Shown piece by piece: positions 19,777 to 29,416 of a stretch of DNA of 64,000 bases (its first letter is position 1; the number at the start of each line of letters is the position of its first letter). Source of the DNA: Bacteroidia bacterium (lineage in GTDB: Bacteria; Bacteroidota; Bacteroidia; NS11-12g; UBA9320). The stretch is from positions 550,055 through 614,054 of the forward strand of contig CBDCFW010000006.1 in assembly GCA_965216465.1 (NCBI GenBank). The letters are read 5' to 3'. The notes beneath the pieces were generated by a model that saw only the letters and a list, made by a program, of their open reading frames with translations, did no database searches and was not told the DNA's origin. Position numbers and translations under genes: made by a program.

Positions 19777-21636
19777 ATGGCTAAAATTTCGATTGATCTC
19801 AGCACCGGAACTGTAGAATCATCCAAAGCAGTAATTGGAATAGACCTAGGTACCACAAATAGTCTAATCGCTTCAATTAATTCAAATGATGGCCATCCCT
19901 ATTGTCTTTCAAAAGATGAGCACAATATTGTACCCAGCGCGATTTATTTTGGGTCTGATGGCGAGGGGGTGAAAGTAGGACGCTCAGCTATTGATATGCT
20001 GGTTAAAGAACCCGAAAACACCATTTACTCTGTAAAACGACTCATGGGGAAAAGTTATGCCGATATTGTAGCGAACGAACACGGTTATAATTTTGAAATC
20101 ATTGATGAGGAAGATCGACTCGTTAAGGTAAAAATTAATGATAAACTCTACACCCCTATTGAGTTATCATCATACATTTTAAAAGAACTTAAGCAAGTTG
20201 CTGAATTACAACTAAATCAGAAAATAAACAAGGTTGTAATTACCGTTCCGGCCTATTTTAATGATGCACAAAGACAGGCCACTCGTGATGCTGGAAAACT
20301 TGCAGGCTTGGATGTTCTCCGAATTATTAATGAGCCCACTGCAGCAAGTCTTGCCTATGGAATAGGAACTAATCAAGAAGAGCCTAAAACAGTTGCAGTT
20401 TATGATTTAGGAGGAGGTACTTTTGATATTTCAATCCTTAACATCCACAATGGAATTTTTGAGGTACTTTCAACTAATGGAGACACCTATTTAGGCGGAG
20501 ATGATATTGACAATGGAATTGTACAATTTTGGTCTAAATCGTTGAATTTGAACGATTTGTCTAAAACCGATAGGCAATCAATTCGATTGCTTGCAGAGCG
20601 AGCTAAAAAAGCTCTAAGTACTTCAGAAAACTTTAGTGAATCTTGTTCAATTGGAGGGAACACGCATCAATTCATTCTTGACCGAAAGCAACTTTTAGAT
20701 ATAATTCAGCCTCTTATTAATAAGACCATGGAGTGCTGTTCAAACGCATTACAAGACGCAGAGTTGAGCCAATCAGATATTGATGAAGTTGTGCTGGTTG
20801 GAGGCAGTACTAGAACTTTAGCAATTAAGGAAGCTGTATCAACATACTTTAGCTCATCGAAGATAAATGACCAACTTAACCCTGATGAAGTGGTTGCTCT
20901 CGGAGCTGCAATTGAAGCAGACATTCTTGCTGGAAACAGAAAAGACATGTTACTTTTAGATGTAACACCTCTGTCTTTAGGAATAGAAACTTTGGGTGGT
21001 TTAATGGATGTGTTAATTCCAAGAAATAACAAAATTCCTGCTAAACTTAAAAAGCAATACACAACTTCTGTAGATGGTCAAGTTAATCTCTTGATTAATG
21101 TTTTTCAAGGTGAACGAGAGATGGTCGCCGACAACCGTAAGCTCGGTGAGTTTATTCTAGAAGGCATTCCTGCCATGCCTGCAGGACTGCCAAAAGTTGA
21201 AGTTAGTTTTATGTTGAATGCCGACGGAATTCTTCAAGTCAGCGCAGAAGAATTAAGATCTGGAGTTAAGCAAAATGTTCAGATGAAACCTCAATATGGC
21301 ATTACCGATGCCGAGATTCAGACTATGCTAACAGATAGCATTAAATTCGCTCAAGAAGATATGGATCGTAGATCATGGGCAGAAACTGAAACAGAGGCTA
21401 ACCAGCTTATTTATGCGACCAATAAGTTTCTAACCGAAAATAAATCGCTGATTGAAAAAGATGATGAAGCCCGAATCTTAGACCACATATCAAGTTTAAA
21501 ATCTGCAATTGATGCTAAAAACCAAGATTTGGTCGTTAAAGAGACGGATGCCTTAAACAACACCACTAGGAAATATGCCGAAATGGTGATGGATGCTTCG
21601 ATTGCTAAGGCATTGCAAGGCAAGAAAATAGAATGA
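19777..21636 (+). CDS. Hsp70-family chaperone, HscA-like
   Basis: IGIDLGTTNSLIAS, VITVPAYFNDAQRQATRDAG, DLGGGTFDIS, VLVGGSTR. 619 aa. The NSL variant of the phosphate-1 motif resembles HscA rather than DnaK. Confidence 0.85.
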   Translation: MAKISIDLSTGTVESSKAVIGIDLGTTNSLIASINSNDGHPYCLSKDEHNIVPSAIYFGSDGEGVKVGRSAIDMLVKEPENTIYSVKRLMGKSYADIVANEHGYNFEIIDEEDRLVKVKINDKLYTPIELSSYILKELKQVAELQLNQKINKVVITVPAYFNDAQRQATRDAGKLAGLDVLRIINEPTAASLAYGIGTNQEEPKTVAVYDLGGGTFDISILNIHNGIFEVLSTNGDTYLGGDDIDNGIVQFWSKSLNLNDLSKTDRQSIRLLAERAKKALSTSENFSESCSIGGNTHQFILDRKQLLDIIQPLINKTMECCSNALQDAELSQSDIDEVVLVGGSTRTLAIKEAVSTYFSSSKINDQLNPDEVVALGAAIEADILAGNRKDMLLLDVTPLSLGIETLGGLMDVLIPRNNKIPAKLKKQYTTSVDGQVNLLINVFQGEREMVADNRKLGEFILEGIPAMPAGLPKVEVSFMLNADGILQVSAEELRSGVKQNVQMKPQYGITDAEIQTMLTDSIKFAQEDMDRRSWAETETEANQLIYATNKFLTENKSLIEKDDEARILDHISSLKSAIDAKNQDLVVKETDALNNTTRKYAEMVMDASIAKALQGKKIE

Positions 21637-22247
21637 AGAAAACTGCATTATTCATATTACTCGTACTAAGTGGATTGGTTCAAGCGCAAAATGAATCGGA
21701 TGTACATAAAATTGGCATAAAGACAAGCATCAATCTATCGCAGCTTAGAGGTAGTGAATTGCAGAACCCTTCGATTAAATTTGGTTATACCGCAGGAGCA
21801 TATTACCAATTTACGATTAACGAGAACTTGTTTCTTCATTCTGAATTCCTGGGTAATTTTCAAGGCTCGAATTTTGATAATGCAGACGACGAATATTCTC
21901 GAATTTCATTATTCTATCTAGATTTTCCGGTTTTATTGGGTTTTAATCTCGATGAAGATAAGAAGCATCAAGTCTATCTTGGACCTTACGGCTCGTACCT
22001 AGGTCTATCTTCTATGTTTATTGGCGGAAAGCGCAAGGCAGAGCAGAACGACCTTGATCTCTTGCCATTTGATTACGGAGGGGCACTGTACTATCAATTG
22101 AACGGAAAGTTCATGGCTTTTCAAATTGGTGTAAAAGCTGGCATGCTTGACATCAATAACGGGATTAACTTTGCAAATATTAATCCTCCAACAGGCAATA
22201 ACGGCTCGATTCAAAATATTAGTCTAGAGCTCGGGATGCTTTTCTAA
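21633..22247 (+). CDS. Outer-membrane beta-barrel (porin-family) protein
   Basis: Signal peptide MKKTALFILLVLSGLVQAQ. Alternating hydrophobic beta-strand pattern. C-terminal ...LELGMLF (aromatic last residue). ATGA overlap with the Hsp70 stop. Confidence 0.6.
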   Translation: MKKTALFILLVLSGLVQAQNESDVHKIGIKTSINLSQLRGSELQNPSIKFGYTAGAYYQFTINENLFLHSEFLGNFQGSNFDNADDEYSRISLFYLDFPVLLGFNLDEDKKHQVYLGPYGSYLGLSSMFIGGKRKAEQNDLDLLPFDYGGALYYQLNGKFMAFQIGVKAGMLDINNGINFANINPPTGNNGSIQNISLELGMLF

Positions 22248-22248
22248 T

Positions 22249-23139
22249 TTGAAAAAAGTTTTTCTATATCTCGTGGCAGCAATACCTCTGATTATTGTTG
22301 CAGGTAGCTACACTGAGTTTAGCCAACAAGAAGAAAAGCTTAACAAGTCTTATCAGGTTCATCCAGTACCCATTCCAGAACAACTGGCATTCGCTGGAGA
22401 AGAAGTTCCCATAGAAAAATTTGAGGTTAAAGAACGCTTAGATCGTGAGTTATTAGTAAACACCTATTGGCAAAGCAATACCATGCTCATTTTAAAGCGT
22501 ACCCGAAAATACTTCACCATAATTGAGCCCATACTAAAAGAAAACAACATTCCAGACGACTTTAAGTACTTAGCCGTAGTTGAAAGTGGATTGCAGCATC
22601 TAACCTCACCAGCTGGGGCAAAAGGAATTTGGCAATTCATGCCGGCAACGGGAAAATCATATGGTTTAGAGATAAACCAAGATGTAGACGAACGTTATCA
22701 TCTTGAAAAAAGCACAGAAGCGGCGTGTAAATACTTCAAAAAGGCATACAATCAATTTGGGAATTGGACCCTTGTTGCAGCTTCTTTCAATAGAGGAATG
22801 AATGGCATTAATTATGATTTATCAAAGCAATCAGTTAACAACTACTACGACCTTCATTTAAACTCAGAGACTTCTCGATACATGCTTCGAATTCTGGCGT
22901 TTAAAACGATCGTTGAGCACCCTGAGTCATACGGCTTCCATTTAGAGGAGAAAGACTATTACAGAAGCCCGAAAACGGTTTTAACAACAATTGAGAAGGA
23001 TGTGCCCAACATCTCAAACTATGCCAAGTCAATTGGCTCAAATTACCATGTGATTAAAAGTTTGAATCCATGGATTAAAGGCAACCGTTTGCTGGTTCGT
23101 TCAAAAACGTATCAAATAAAAACCCCGCTAAGAAATTAG
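22249..23139 (+). CDS. Lytic transglycosylase (SLT) domain protein
   Basis: SLT catalytic region VVESGLQHLTSPAGAKGIWQFMPATG. N-terminal membrane anchor. TTG start 1 nt after the upstream stop. Confidence 0.8.
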   Translation: MKKVFLYLVAAIPLIIVAGSYTEFSQQEEKLNKSYQVHPVPIPEQLAFAGEEVPIEKFEVKERLDRELLVNTYWQSNTMLILKRTRKYFTIIEPILKENNIPDDFKYLAVVESGLQHLTSPAGAKGIWQFMPATGKSYGLEINQDVDERYHLEKSTEAACKYFKKAYNQFGNWTLVAASFNRGMNGINYDLSKQSVNNYYDLHLNSETSRYMLRILAFKTIVEHPESYGFHLEEKDYYRSPKTVLTTIEKDVPNISNYAKSIGSNYHVIKSLNPWIKGNRLLVRSKTYQIKTPLRN

Positions 23140-23144
23140 CAGGG
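23114..23144 (-). terminator. Rho-independent terminator for the DUF2795 gene (reads best on minus strand)
   Basis: Minus-strand RNA CCCUGCU (23144-23138) / AGCGGGG (23129-23123): 7 bp with one G-U pair. Followed by UUUUUAUUU. Overlaps the last codons of the plus-strand SLT gene. Confidence 0.6.
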
Positions 23145-23169
23145 CTCTATAAAAGTATCTTGATAAAGA

Positions 23170-23391
23170 TTACAGTTCGTCTTGATTGAAAAAGTAATCG
23201 TCTGTTGATGGGTATTCAGACCATATCTCTTCGATAGTCTCGAATGGCTCTCCATCATCTTCTAACTCCTGAAGGTTTTCAACAACTTCAAGTGGTGCTC
23301 CAGTTCTAATGGCGAAATCTATTAATTCGTCTTTTGTAGCTGGCCAAGGTGCGTCATCTAAGTAAGATGCTAATTCTAATGTCCAATACAT
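23170..23391 (-). CDS. DUF2795 domain protein
   Basis: 73 aa, acidic. YLDDAPWPATKDELIDFAIRTGAPLEVVENLQEL matches the DUF2795 pattern. Confidence 0.8.
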   Translation of the reverse strand: MYWTLELASYLDDAPWPATKDELIDFAIRTGAPLEVVENLQELEDDGEPFETIEEIWSEYPSTDDYFFNQDEL

Positions 23392-23532
23392 ATTATCGCT
23401 GTTTAATTTTGTTTTATCCGGTTAGTAACTTCCCAACAATTCAAACCCCGCTTAGTTAGCGCGAAAATAGAATTTTAAATCATTTATGCAACTTCCTTGA
23501 CTAAATAAATTTACATGGCTCTAAAAAGCTGA

Positions 23533-24267
23533 TTACCTGCTAGATAGGGCATATAGTAGCACTCCAGCTGCCACCGAAACGTTCAGCGAATCGATGTTTG
23601 AGCTCATTGGTATCCTCACAGTTTGATCCATAAGAGCCAATCTCTCTCTCGATAAGCCTTTATCTTCATTGCCCATCCACAGTACCCAAGAGTCCTGGTC
23701 GGCAAATGAAGCTTTATTCAAATCGAGCTCTGATTTTTCGGTTGCTGCTATTTGAGTAAGTCCCCAACTCTTCAAATAATTGAGGGTATTAGCTAAGCTA
23801 CTAACACGTGCAACGGGCAGTTTTAGCAGAGCTCCTGCTGATGACTTTACAGCACCCTCTCCTATTTCCGCATTGGCTTTCACACCAACTATAAGCAAGT
23901 CGACATCGAATGCTAAACAGCTCCTAGAAATCGCACCAATATTGCGAACATCTTGAATTCCATCAGCAACCACAATTTTAGGAGGTTTGCCTTCTTCATA
24001 AAAACGAGTTATGGTCTCTTCAAGAGGAACAAACTCAATGGGAGACTTTATTGCAATTACTCCTTGATGATTAGCTCGCGTGATACGGTTGAGCTTTTCA
24101 ACCGGAACCATTTGAAATGGAGTTTCCTTCTTTTTAGCTAGCTGTCTAAGTATTCCAACTTTCTGCTTGTCTGCAGACTTGTTGATATAAACTTTGGCCA
24201 CGGTTATATCACTTTCAAGCAGTTCTTCAACTGCATGAAATCCTATAACCAATCCTGACTTTCCCAC
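23533..24267 (-). CDS. rlmB: 23S rRNA (guanosine-2'-O)-methyltransferase, SpoU/TrmH family
   Basis: 244 aa. SpoU motifs VRNIGAISRS, WMGNEDKGLS, IPMSSNIDSLNVSVAAGV. GTG start. Confidence 0.85.
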   Translation of the reverse strand: MGKSGLVIGFHAVEELLESDITVAKVYINKSADKQKVGILRQLAKKKETPFQMVPVEKLNRITRANHQGVIAIKSPIEFVPLEETITRFYEEGKPPKIVVADGIQDVRNIGAISRSCLAFDVDLLIVGVKANAEIGEGAVKSSAGALLKLPVARVSSLANTLNYLKSWGLTQIAATEKSELDLNKASFADQDSWVLWMGNEDKGLSRERLALMDQTVRIPMSSNIDSLNVSVAAGVLLYALSSR

Positions 24268-24273
24268 TTAGAT

Positions 24274-27200
24274 TTAAATTCCGGTACTCAGTTGATTGAA
24301 GAGTGCTTCGTACTCTTTCGCAATATCTTCACGTTTGTACTGTCTTGCGAGCGGTGCAACGTTTCTAAGAATCTCTAAGTTTTCTCTCAGTTCCGCATCA
24401 ACAACAGAACCAGGAATACCACTTCTCTTGAAACGCTTGAAGTAACGAATCAAATCCGCTGCTTCATCCGCAACTTCAGTAATCATCTGATCACCTTTTT
24501 CAGTTTGTTCCGCTTTATAGTAAACATCCGCACTTGCTGCTTTTAGTCTCAAGTTCATTGGAAGAATTGATTCAGGCATCGCTCTGAAACATTCGTCAAC
24601 TAAAGCAACTGCTGTATCAGACTCTCCATTTCTTGAGTAGAAGTCAGCAATCTGAACAAACAATGATCTTAGATTTTGAGGAACCAATTTGGCTTTGTCA
24701 TCTAAGAACAACTCCCCTTTCTCCATTCCTCCCCACTCATAATCTTCCATTAAACGCTTGTAAAGCAATTCCATATCATCCATTCCACGGAATCTTCTGT
24801 TTGCTTCTATTGGAAGTAATTGGTAGGTTAATCCGTTATTTCTTAAGTACTTGTCAAGATTTAGGTACACTGACGAACCGGTTGTGGTAGTCCAATAAAT
24901 AGGTCTTTTCCAACCTTGCTTAGCATTGGTAGCAATAATATCTAAAACAACAATGTCTCCTTTGCTTAGTCCATTCTTTCCGATGTTCCATTCTAATCTA
25001 TCAACAATTTTACCGGTATCTTTTGCAGGAACAAATCCAGAGGCAATTACCGCTTCTTTGTCTACATTTACTCTGAAGTTTTTAACTGGGAAGTAGTTGC
25101 TAGGGCCATTTCTTCCAGCTACCATTTTAGACGGCTCATCTGAAGTCATGTAATCTAAAACTTCATCTAAATTATAGTGTCTCGACAAATCGAACTTCTT
25201 GGTATCGTAATACCTGATGTAGTCACGCTTACCTGCAACCAGCTTTTCAGCAGGAATGCTCATTGGAAGTGGTTCTGATTCGAACACCTGCTTACGCAAC
25301 GCACTTGAATACCACTCGGTAGGCAATAGACTTAAGTTAATAATTCTAACATCTGACCTATAGCCTTCTACGTTTTGAGCATACCACAACGGATAAGTAT
25401 CATTATCACCATTGGTAAAGAGAATGGCATTTTCTTCACAGCTATTTAAATAGTTCTTGGCAAATGAAATTGCCAATTGTCTATCTGAACGATCGTGATC
25501 GTCCCAGTTTTGAGAACCCATCAACACAGGTGCTGCAAGTAGGGCCAAGATGGTGGCACCAACTGCTGCGGTTGATTTGTTAATATACCTTTTCACCATG
25601 TCAACGATGGCAAGTACACTCAATCCAATCCAAATACAGAATGTCTGGAAAGATCCCGCAAACGTGTAATCACGTTCTCTTGGTTCCATAGGAGGCTGAT
25701 TTAAATAAACAATAACCAACAGACCAGTAAAGATGAACATTACCAATACGCTGTAGAAATCCATTTTTCCTTTTTTATACTGGATAAATATTCCTAAGAG
25801 GCCTAAAATAAATGGCAAGAAATAATATGTGTTTCTAGCTTTATTGTGCATCAATGATGCAGGTATATTATCTTGAGGTCCAAGTCGGGATTGATCTATA
25901 AATGAAATTCCACTTAACCAGTTGCCCTCAAGTGGGTTTCCGTTAACATTTTGCAGGTCATTTTGTCTTCCCACAAAATTCCACATGAAGTAACGCATAT
26001 ACATCCACCCTATTTGGTAATTCCAGAAGAACTTCATGTTGTTTTTGAACGACGGTTTGGTCATCCGAGCTTGTGCCAATTGTCGTTGTAACTCTTGGTC
26101 ACCAGGGTTAGCTTTGGTTTGTTGTTCCAACACATTAATTCTTCGGTACATGTCTTCCATTCCACTCCAAATTGGATAGAATTGGGCTTTCTCTGTCATA
26201 TCTCCCATACGCGGGAATACGGTTGAGTATTTTTCATCCCATTTGTAAGACAATTTATTTCCTATTTCTTCATATCCATCTTCGCCTCTTCTATATTGCA
26301 TTCTACCCTCATCTATGGTAAGACCTTGACCCGTAAAATTGTAGTAATCTTGAACGGTCCAATATGGACCATAGAACAATGGTCTTTCTCCATATTGCTC
26401 ACGATTGATATAGCTCATTAAGCTTTGAGCATCTTGAGGATCGTTCATGTTAATTGCAGGTTCTGCAGATGAACGAATTACTACCATAGAATAAGAAGAG
26501 AAACCTAGCATAATAAATGCAAAGCATAATAATGTAAGGTTTAAGATTGGCTTATGCATCTTCTTAGTGTAATACAATCCGAAGGCAATTAAACCTCCTA
26601 AGAGTACCATAAAGAACAATACTCCGGAGTTGTAAGGTAGGCCAAGACCATTTACAAATATCTTGTCGAAAAATGCAGCTACTGCTGGTGTCTTTGGTAT
26701 AACAATAAACTGCAATAATCCAATAGATCCAAGTCCAATGGCAGCAGCTTTGATAACATTCATTCGGTTAACCTCATACTTGTTTAAGAAGTAGTATAAG
26801 AAGACTGCTGGAACCACAAGTAAGTTCAATAAGTGAAGTCCAATACCTAATCCGACAACGTATGCCACAAAAACAATCCAACGATCTGAAGTTGGTTCAT
26901 CTTTAACACACTCCCATTTCAAAATAGCCCAAAATGCAAGTGCCATGAAACAAGATGAAGCGGCATAAACCTCTGCCTCAACAGCACTAAACCAGAATGT
27001 ATCCATGAAAGTTACAGATAATGCTGCAACTAAACCAGAACCGATAATCGCAATTGAATTTCCAAAATCAACACTAGTAGCATTTAAGTCAATGTTTAAA
27101 ATCTTCTTAGCGAAGTGAGTGGTAATCCAAAACGTAAACATCACCGTAGCAGCACTTGCCACTACAGAAACCATATTCACTGCAATTGCAACTTCGTTCG

Positions 27201-27414
27201 TTCCTGCTTCAGCAAAAATCGCAAAAAATCGCCCGATCATCAAGAAAAGTGGAGCCCCGGGAGGGTGTACAATTTGAAGCTTATCGGATGCCGAGATAAA
27301 CTCTCCACAATCCCATAAACTAACAGACTCTTCAATAGTAAAGATATATACAACTAATGCGATCAGAAATGAAATCCAACCGAAGATGATATTAGTTCTC
27401 TTGAAATTATTCAT
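24274..27414 (-). CDS. DUF2723 domain membrane protein (GT-C-like glycosyltransferase fold)
   Basis: 1046 aa. Polytopic N-terminal half with the conserved start SLWDCGEFI. Large C-terminal soluble/TPR-like half. Confidence 0.8.
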   Translation of the reverse strand: MNNFKRTNIIFGWISFLIALVVYIFTIEESVSLWDCGEFISASDKLQIVHPPGAPLFLMIGRFFAIFAEAGTNEVAIAVNMVSVVASAATVMFTFWITTHFAKKILNIDLNATSVDFGNSIAIIGSGLVAALSVTFMDTFWFSAVEAEVYAASSCFMALAFWAILKWECVKDEPTSDRWIVFVAYVVGLGIGLHLLNLLVVPAVFLYYFLNKYEVNRMNVIKAAAIGLGSIGLLQFIVIPKTPAVAAFFDKIFVNGLGLPYNSGVLFFMVLLGGLIAFGLYYTKKMHKPILNLTLLCFAFIMLGFSSYSMVVIRSSAEPAINMNDPQDAQSLMSYINREQYGERPLFYGPYWTVQDYYNFTGQGLTIDEGRMQYRRGEDGYEEIGNKLSYKWDEKYSTVFPRMGDMTEKAQFYPIWSGMEDMYRRINVLEQQTKANPGDQELQRQLAQARMTKPSFKNNMKFFWNYQIGWMYMRYFMWNFVGRQNDLQNVNGNPLEGNWLSGISFIDQSRLGPQDNIPASLMHNKARNTYYFLPFILGLLGIFIQYKKGKMDFYSVLVMFIFTGLLVIVYLNQPPMEPRERDYTFAGSFQTFCIWIGLSVLAIVDMVKRYINKSTAAVGATILALLAAPVLMGSQNWDDHDRSDRQLAISFAKNYLNSCEENAILFTNGDNDTYPLWYAQNVEGYRSDVRIINLSLLPTEWYSSALRKQVFESEPLPMSIPAEKLVAGKRDYIRYYDTKKFDLSRHYNLDEVLDYMTSDEPSKMVAGRNGPSNYFPVKNFRVNVDKEAVIASGFVPAKDTGKIVDRLEWNIGKNGLSKGDIVVLDIIATNAKQGWKRPIYWTTTTGSSVYLNLDKYLRNNGLTYQLLPIEANRRFRGMDDMELLYKRLMEDYEWGGMEKGELFLDDKAKLVPQNLRSLFVQIADFYSRNGESDTAVALVDECFRAMPESILPMNLRLKAASADVYYKAEQTEKGDQMITEVADEAADLIRYFKRFKRSGIPGSVVDAELRENLEILRNVAPLARQYKREDIAKEYEALFNQLSTGI

Positions 27415-27591
27415 TCGTAAGTTAAAATTTAGGTGGCGAAAATAAATATTTAGTTCATAATCTCCCTATTCTAGGGATATGAATGTAGACGAATTCAACA
27501 GAGAAAAAGTTCGTTGATTCGACGACGATAAATTAAATTCGACCAGCAAATGGTTTAGAAATTCTTTATTTGCACTGAATATTTACTGTAA

Positions 27592-28488
27592 TTGACTACT
27601 TCATTTAACATTAAAGCTTGTCCTGTTTGTGATAACACATCGTTTAACAAACACCTCGATGTTCCTGATTGGCTTGTTTCTAAAAAAAGCTTCAAACTCA
27701 ATGCCTGTGGGGCTTGCGGCTTTGTTTTTACCGCAGATGCTCCTAGTCCTGAAGAAATAGGACCATATTACAACAGTGAAGAATATGTAGAGCATAGTGA
27801 CACTAAAAAAGGCTTGATTTATGGCATCTACCATTATGCTAGAAAGTTAATGTTGAACTACAAGCTTCGAATAATACGTAAGCTTGGAACAGGAAATAAA
27901 ATTCTTGATGTGGGCTCAGGATCCGGATACTTCTTAAACCACATGAAGAAAAACGGCTATGATGTAACAGGAGTGGAGATCAGCGACAAAGCAATTCAGC
28001 TTTGTTCAGCTAATTTTGGAATTCAGGCCTTTAAACCAGAATATATGCTCGAAGGCAAGCTTGATAATGACTATGACCTAATCACACTATGGCATGTATT
28101 TGAGCACGTATACAGCTACAACGAATATTTCGATATTTTCAATAATTCACTTAGTAAAAATGGTAAATTGGTAATTGCTATGCCTAACCATGACAGCTTT
28201 GATAGCCAATTTTACAGAACCCATTGGGCGGCATATGATACCCCACGACATATTTGGCATTTCACACCTAAAACCTTTGAGCAATTTGCGTCAAAGAGAG
28301 GCTTTAAAATGATTCAGAAATATCGACTGCCACTTGATCCATTCTTCAATTCAATGGTAAGTGCTTCTTACAAAGAGAAGTTCACTTTTCTTCCATTTAC
28401 AGTATTGGTAGGATTTTGGTCTTATCTCAAATCGCTTGTTAATAAAAACAAGTCGAGCTCATTAATTTACATCCTCGAGAAAAAGTAA
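27592..28488 (+). CDS. Class I SAM-dependent methyltransferase with N-terminal Cys4 zinc ribbon
   Basis: CPVCDN...CGACGF, then motif I ILDVGSGSGYF. TTG start. Confidence 0.8.
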   Translation: MTTSFNIKACPVCDNTSFNKHLDVPDWLVSKKSFKLNACGACGFVFTADAPSPEEIGPYYNSEEYVEHSDTKKGLIYGIYHYARKLMLNYKLRIIRKLGTGNKILDVGSGSGYFLNHMKKNGYDVTGVEISDKAIQLCSANFGIQAFKPEYMLEGKLDNDYDLITLWHVFEHVYSYNEYFDIFNNSLSKNGKLVIAMPNHDSFDSQFYRTHWAAYDTPRHIWHFTPKTFEQFASKRGFKMIQKYRLPLDPFFNSMVSASYKEKFTFLPFTVLVGFWSYLKSLVNKNKSSSLIYILEKK

Positions 28489-29274
28489 TTACAGTTTCAC
28501 AAAAACTGTTGAAGACTGAGTGTGATGATCGTCTATTACAACGTGATACATTCCCGAAGGTAATTCTGCAATATTCACAACCGGACTGAAGGCTTGGTTG
28601 AGTACGATTTTACCAAATGGGTCGATGAACTTAATATGGGCTCGTTCTGAGAACTTTCCAGCGATAAACAGTTGATTTTCAGACGGATTTGGAAACACCT
28701 TAACCGATACTCTTTCAAACTTAGGTGTGCTTGCTGTAAGATTTTCTACAATATCGAGTGTATCTACAAGAACAATATCTCCACCCGTTGTTTGGTTGTT
28801 GTTGGCAGCCAAAACAGCAATGTAGAGTTTCAGGGTGCCTGTACCTGCGGCTGGGGCTGTCCAATCGGTTTCCCAAGTTATTCCATCGCTTCCGAAACTG
28901 CTCGCAAATTTGTGAGTAGCTCTTACCCCATGGGCAGTAACGGCAGTATCTCCAACAAAGTTTCCTACTCCGGTACCACTCGAATCTTCTGCCATCATTT
29001 CAAAGCCAAAAACATCACGAGCACCTTGGGAGGCATTAATAGTTATACGATACGTTGAATCAGGGCTATAGCCTTTAGTAGGCACATTAATTGACAGCAT
29101 TTCTTTTGATGTAGGGGGATTACCATTGTTATGACAACCTCCATTCGTTCCACATGTGCTGGCATCTGTTGAAGACCCCGACCTTCCTAATGGTGAGCCT
29201 CCTCGGTTACTCATTAAAACAACTGATAAAATCATTAAGCCAAGAGTGGATAGTAGTTTAAATTTCTTTTGCAT
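28489..29274 (-). CDS. Secreted protein with T9SS type A C-terminal sorting domain
   Basis: Signal peptide. C-terminal VKVFPNPSENQLFI...LPSGMYHVVI...VFVKL is the Por secretion tail pattern. Its stop abuts the methyltransferase stop (TAATTA). Confidence 0.8.
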   Translation of the reverse strand: MQKKFKLLSTLGLMILSVVLMSNRGGSPLGRSGSSTDASTCGTNGGCHNNGNPPTSKEMLSINVPTKGYSPDSTYRITINASQGARDVFGFEMMAEDSSGTGVGNFVGDTAVTAHGVRATHKFASSFGSDGITWETDWTAPAAGTGTLKLYIAVLAANNNQTTGGDIVLVDTLDIVENLTASTPKFERVSVKVFPNPSENQLFIAGKFSERAHIKFIDPFGKIVLNQAFSPVVNIAELPSGMYHVVIDDHHTQSSTVFVKL

Positions 29275-29290
29275 GGTAGTGTAAGAGTTT

Positions 29291-29298
29291 CAAATTTA
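29291..29298 (-). promoter_or_regulatory. -7 box TAAATTTG for the T9SS-cargo gene
   Basis: Reverse complement of caaattta. 16 nt from the ATG at 29274. Confidence 0.4.
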
Positions 29299-29327
29299 AG
29301 GTCTCTTTCCATATTCCTGAAGTTTCT

Positions 29328-29359
29328 TTTGCGAGATATCAACAATTAGCTTAGATTTG
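29328..29359 (+). promoter_or_regulatory. Full Bacteroidota-type promoter (-33 TTTG / -7 TAGATTTG) for rimP-nusA-infB
   Basis: TTTG at 29328-29331 and TAGATTTG at 29352-29359, separated by 20 nt, which is close to the consensus spacing. Confidence 0.6.
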
Positions 29360-29379
29360 CACTGAAATATAGAAGTGAG

Positions 29380-29403
29380 AAAGGGGTTAAAAGCCCCTTT
29401 TTT
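29380..29403 (+). terminator. Intrinsic terminator-like hairpin in the rimP-nusA-infB leader (candidate attenuator)
   Basis: AAAGGGG (29380-29386), 7-nt loop, CCCCTTT (29394-29400) running into T6 in total. It lies about 20 nt after the -7 box and 14 nt before the likely rimP start. Confidence 0.65.
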
Positions 29404-29416
29404 CTTACCTAAAAAT

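Noticed and set aside
23392-23532. 141-nt intergenic gap checked for a tRNA or small RNA (GGGGTTTGAATTG resembles a T-arm)
   Set aside because: There is no acceptor-stem complementarity, no proper GTTCGAATC T-loop and no anticodon arm. It is most likely the DUF2795 promoter/leader and the rlmB 3' region.
28672-29058. 128-aa plus-strand ORF
   Set aside because: It is antisense inside the T9SS-cargo gene, which has both a signal peptide and a sorting tail.
29375-29416. ORF-track N-terminal extension of rimP (MRKGLKAPFFLPKN)
   Set aside because: It reads through the AAAGGGG/CCCCTTT hairpin and T-tract. A TTG at 29417 gives a RimP of typical length.
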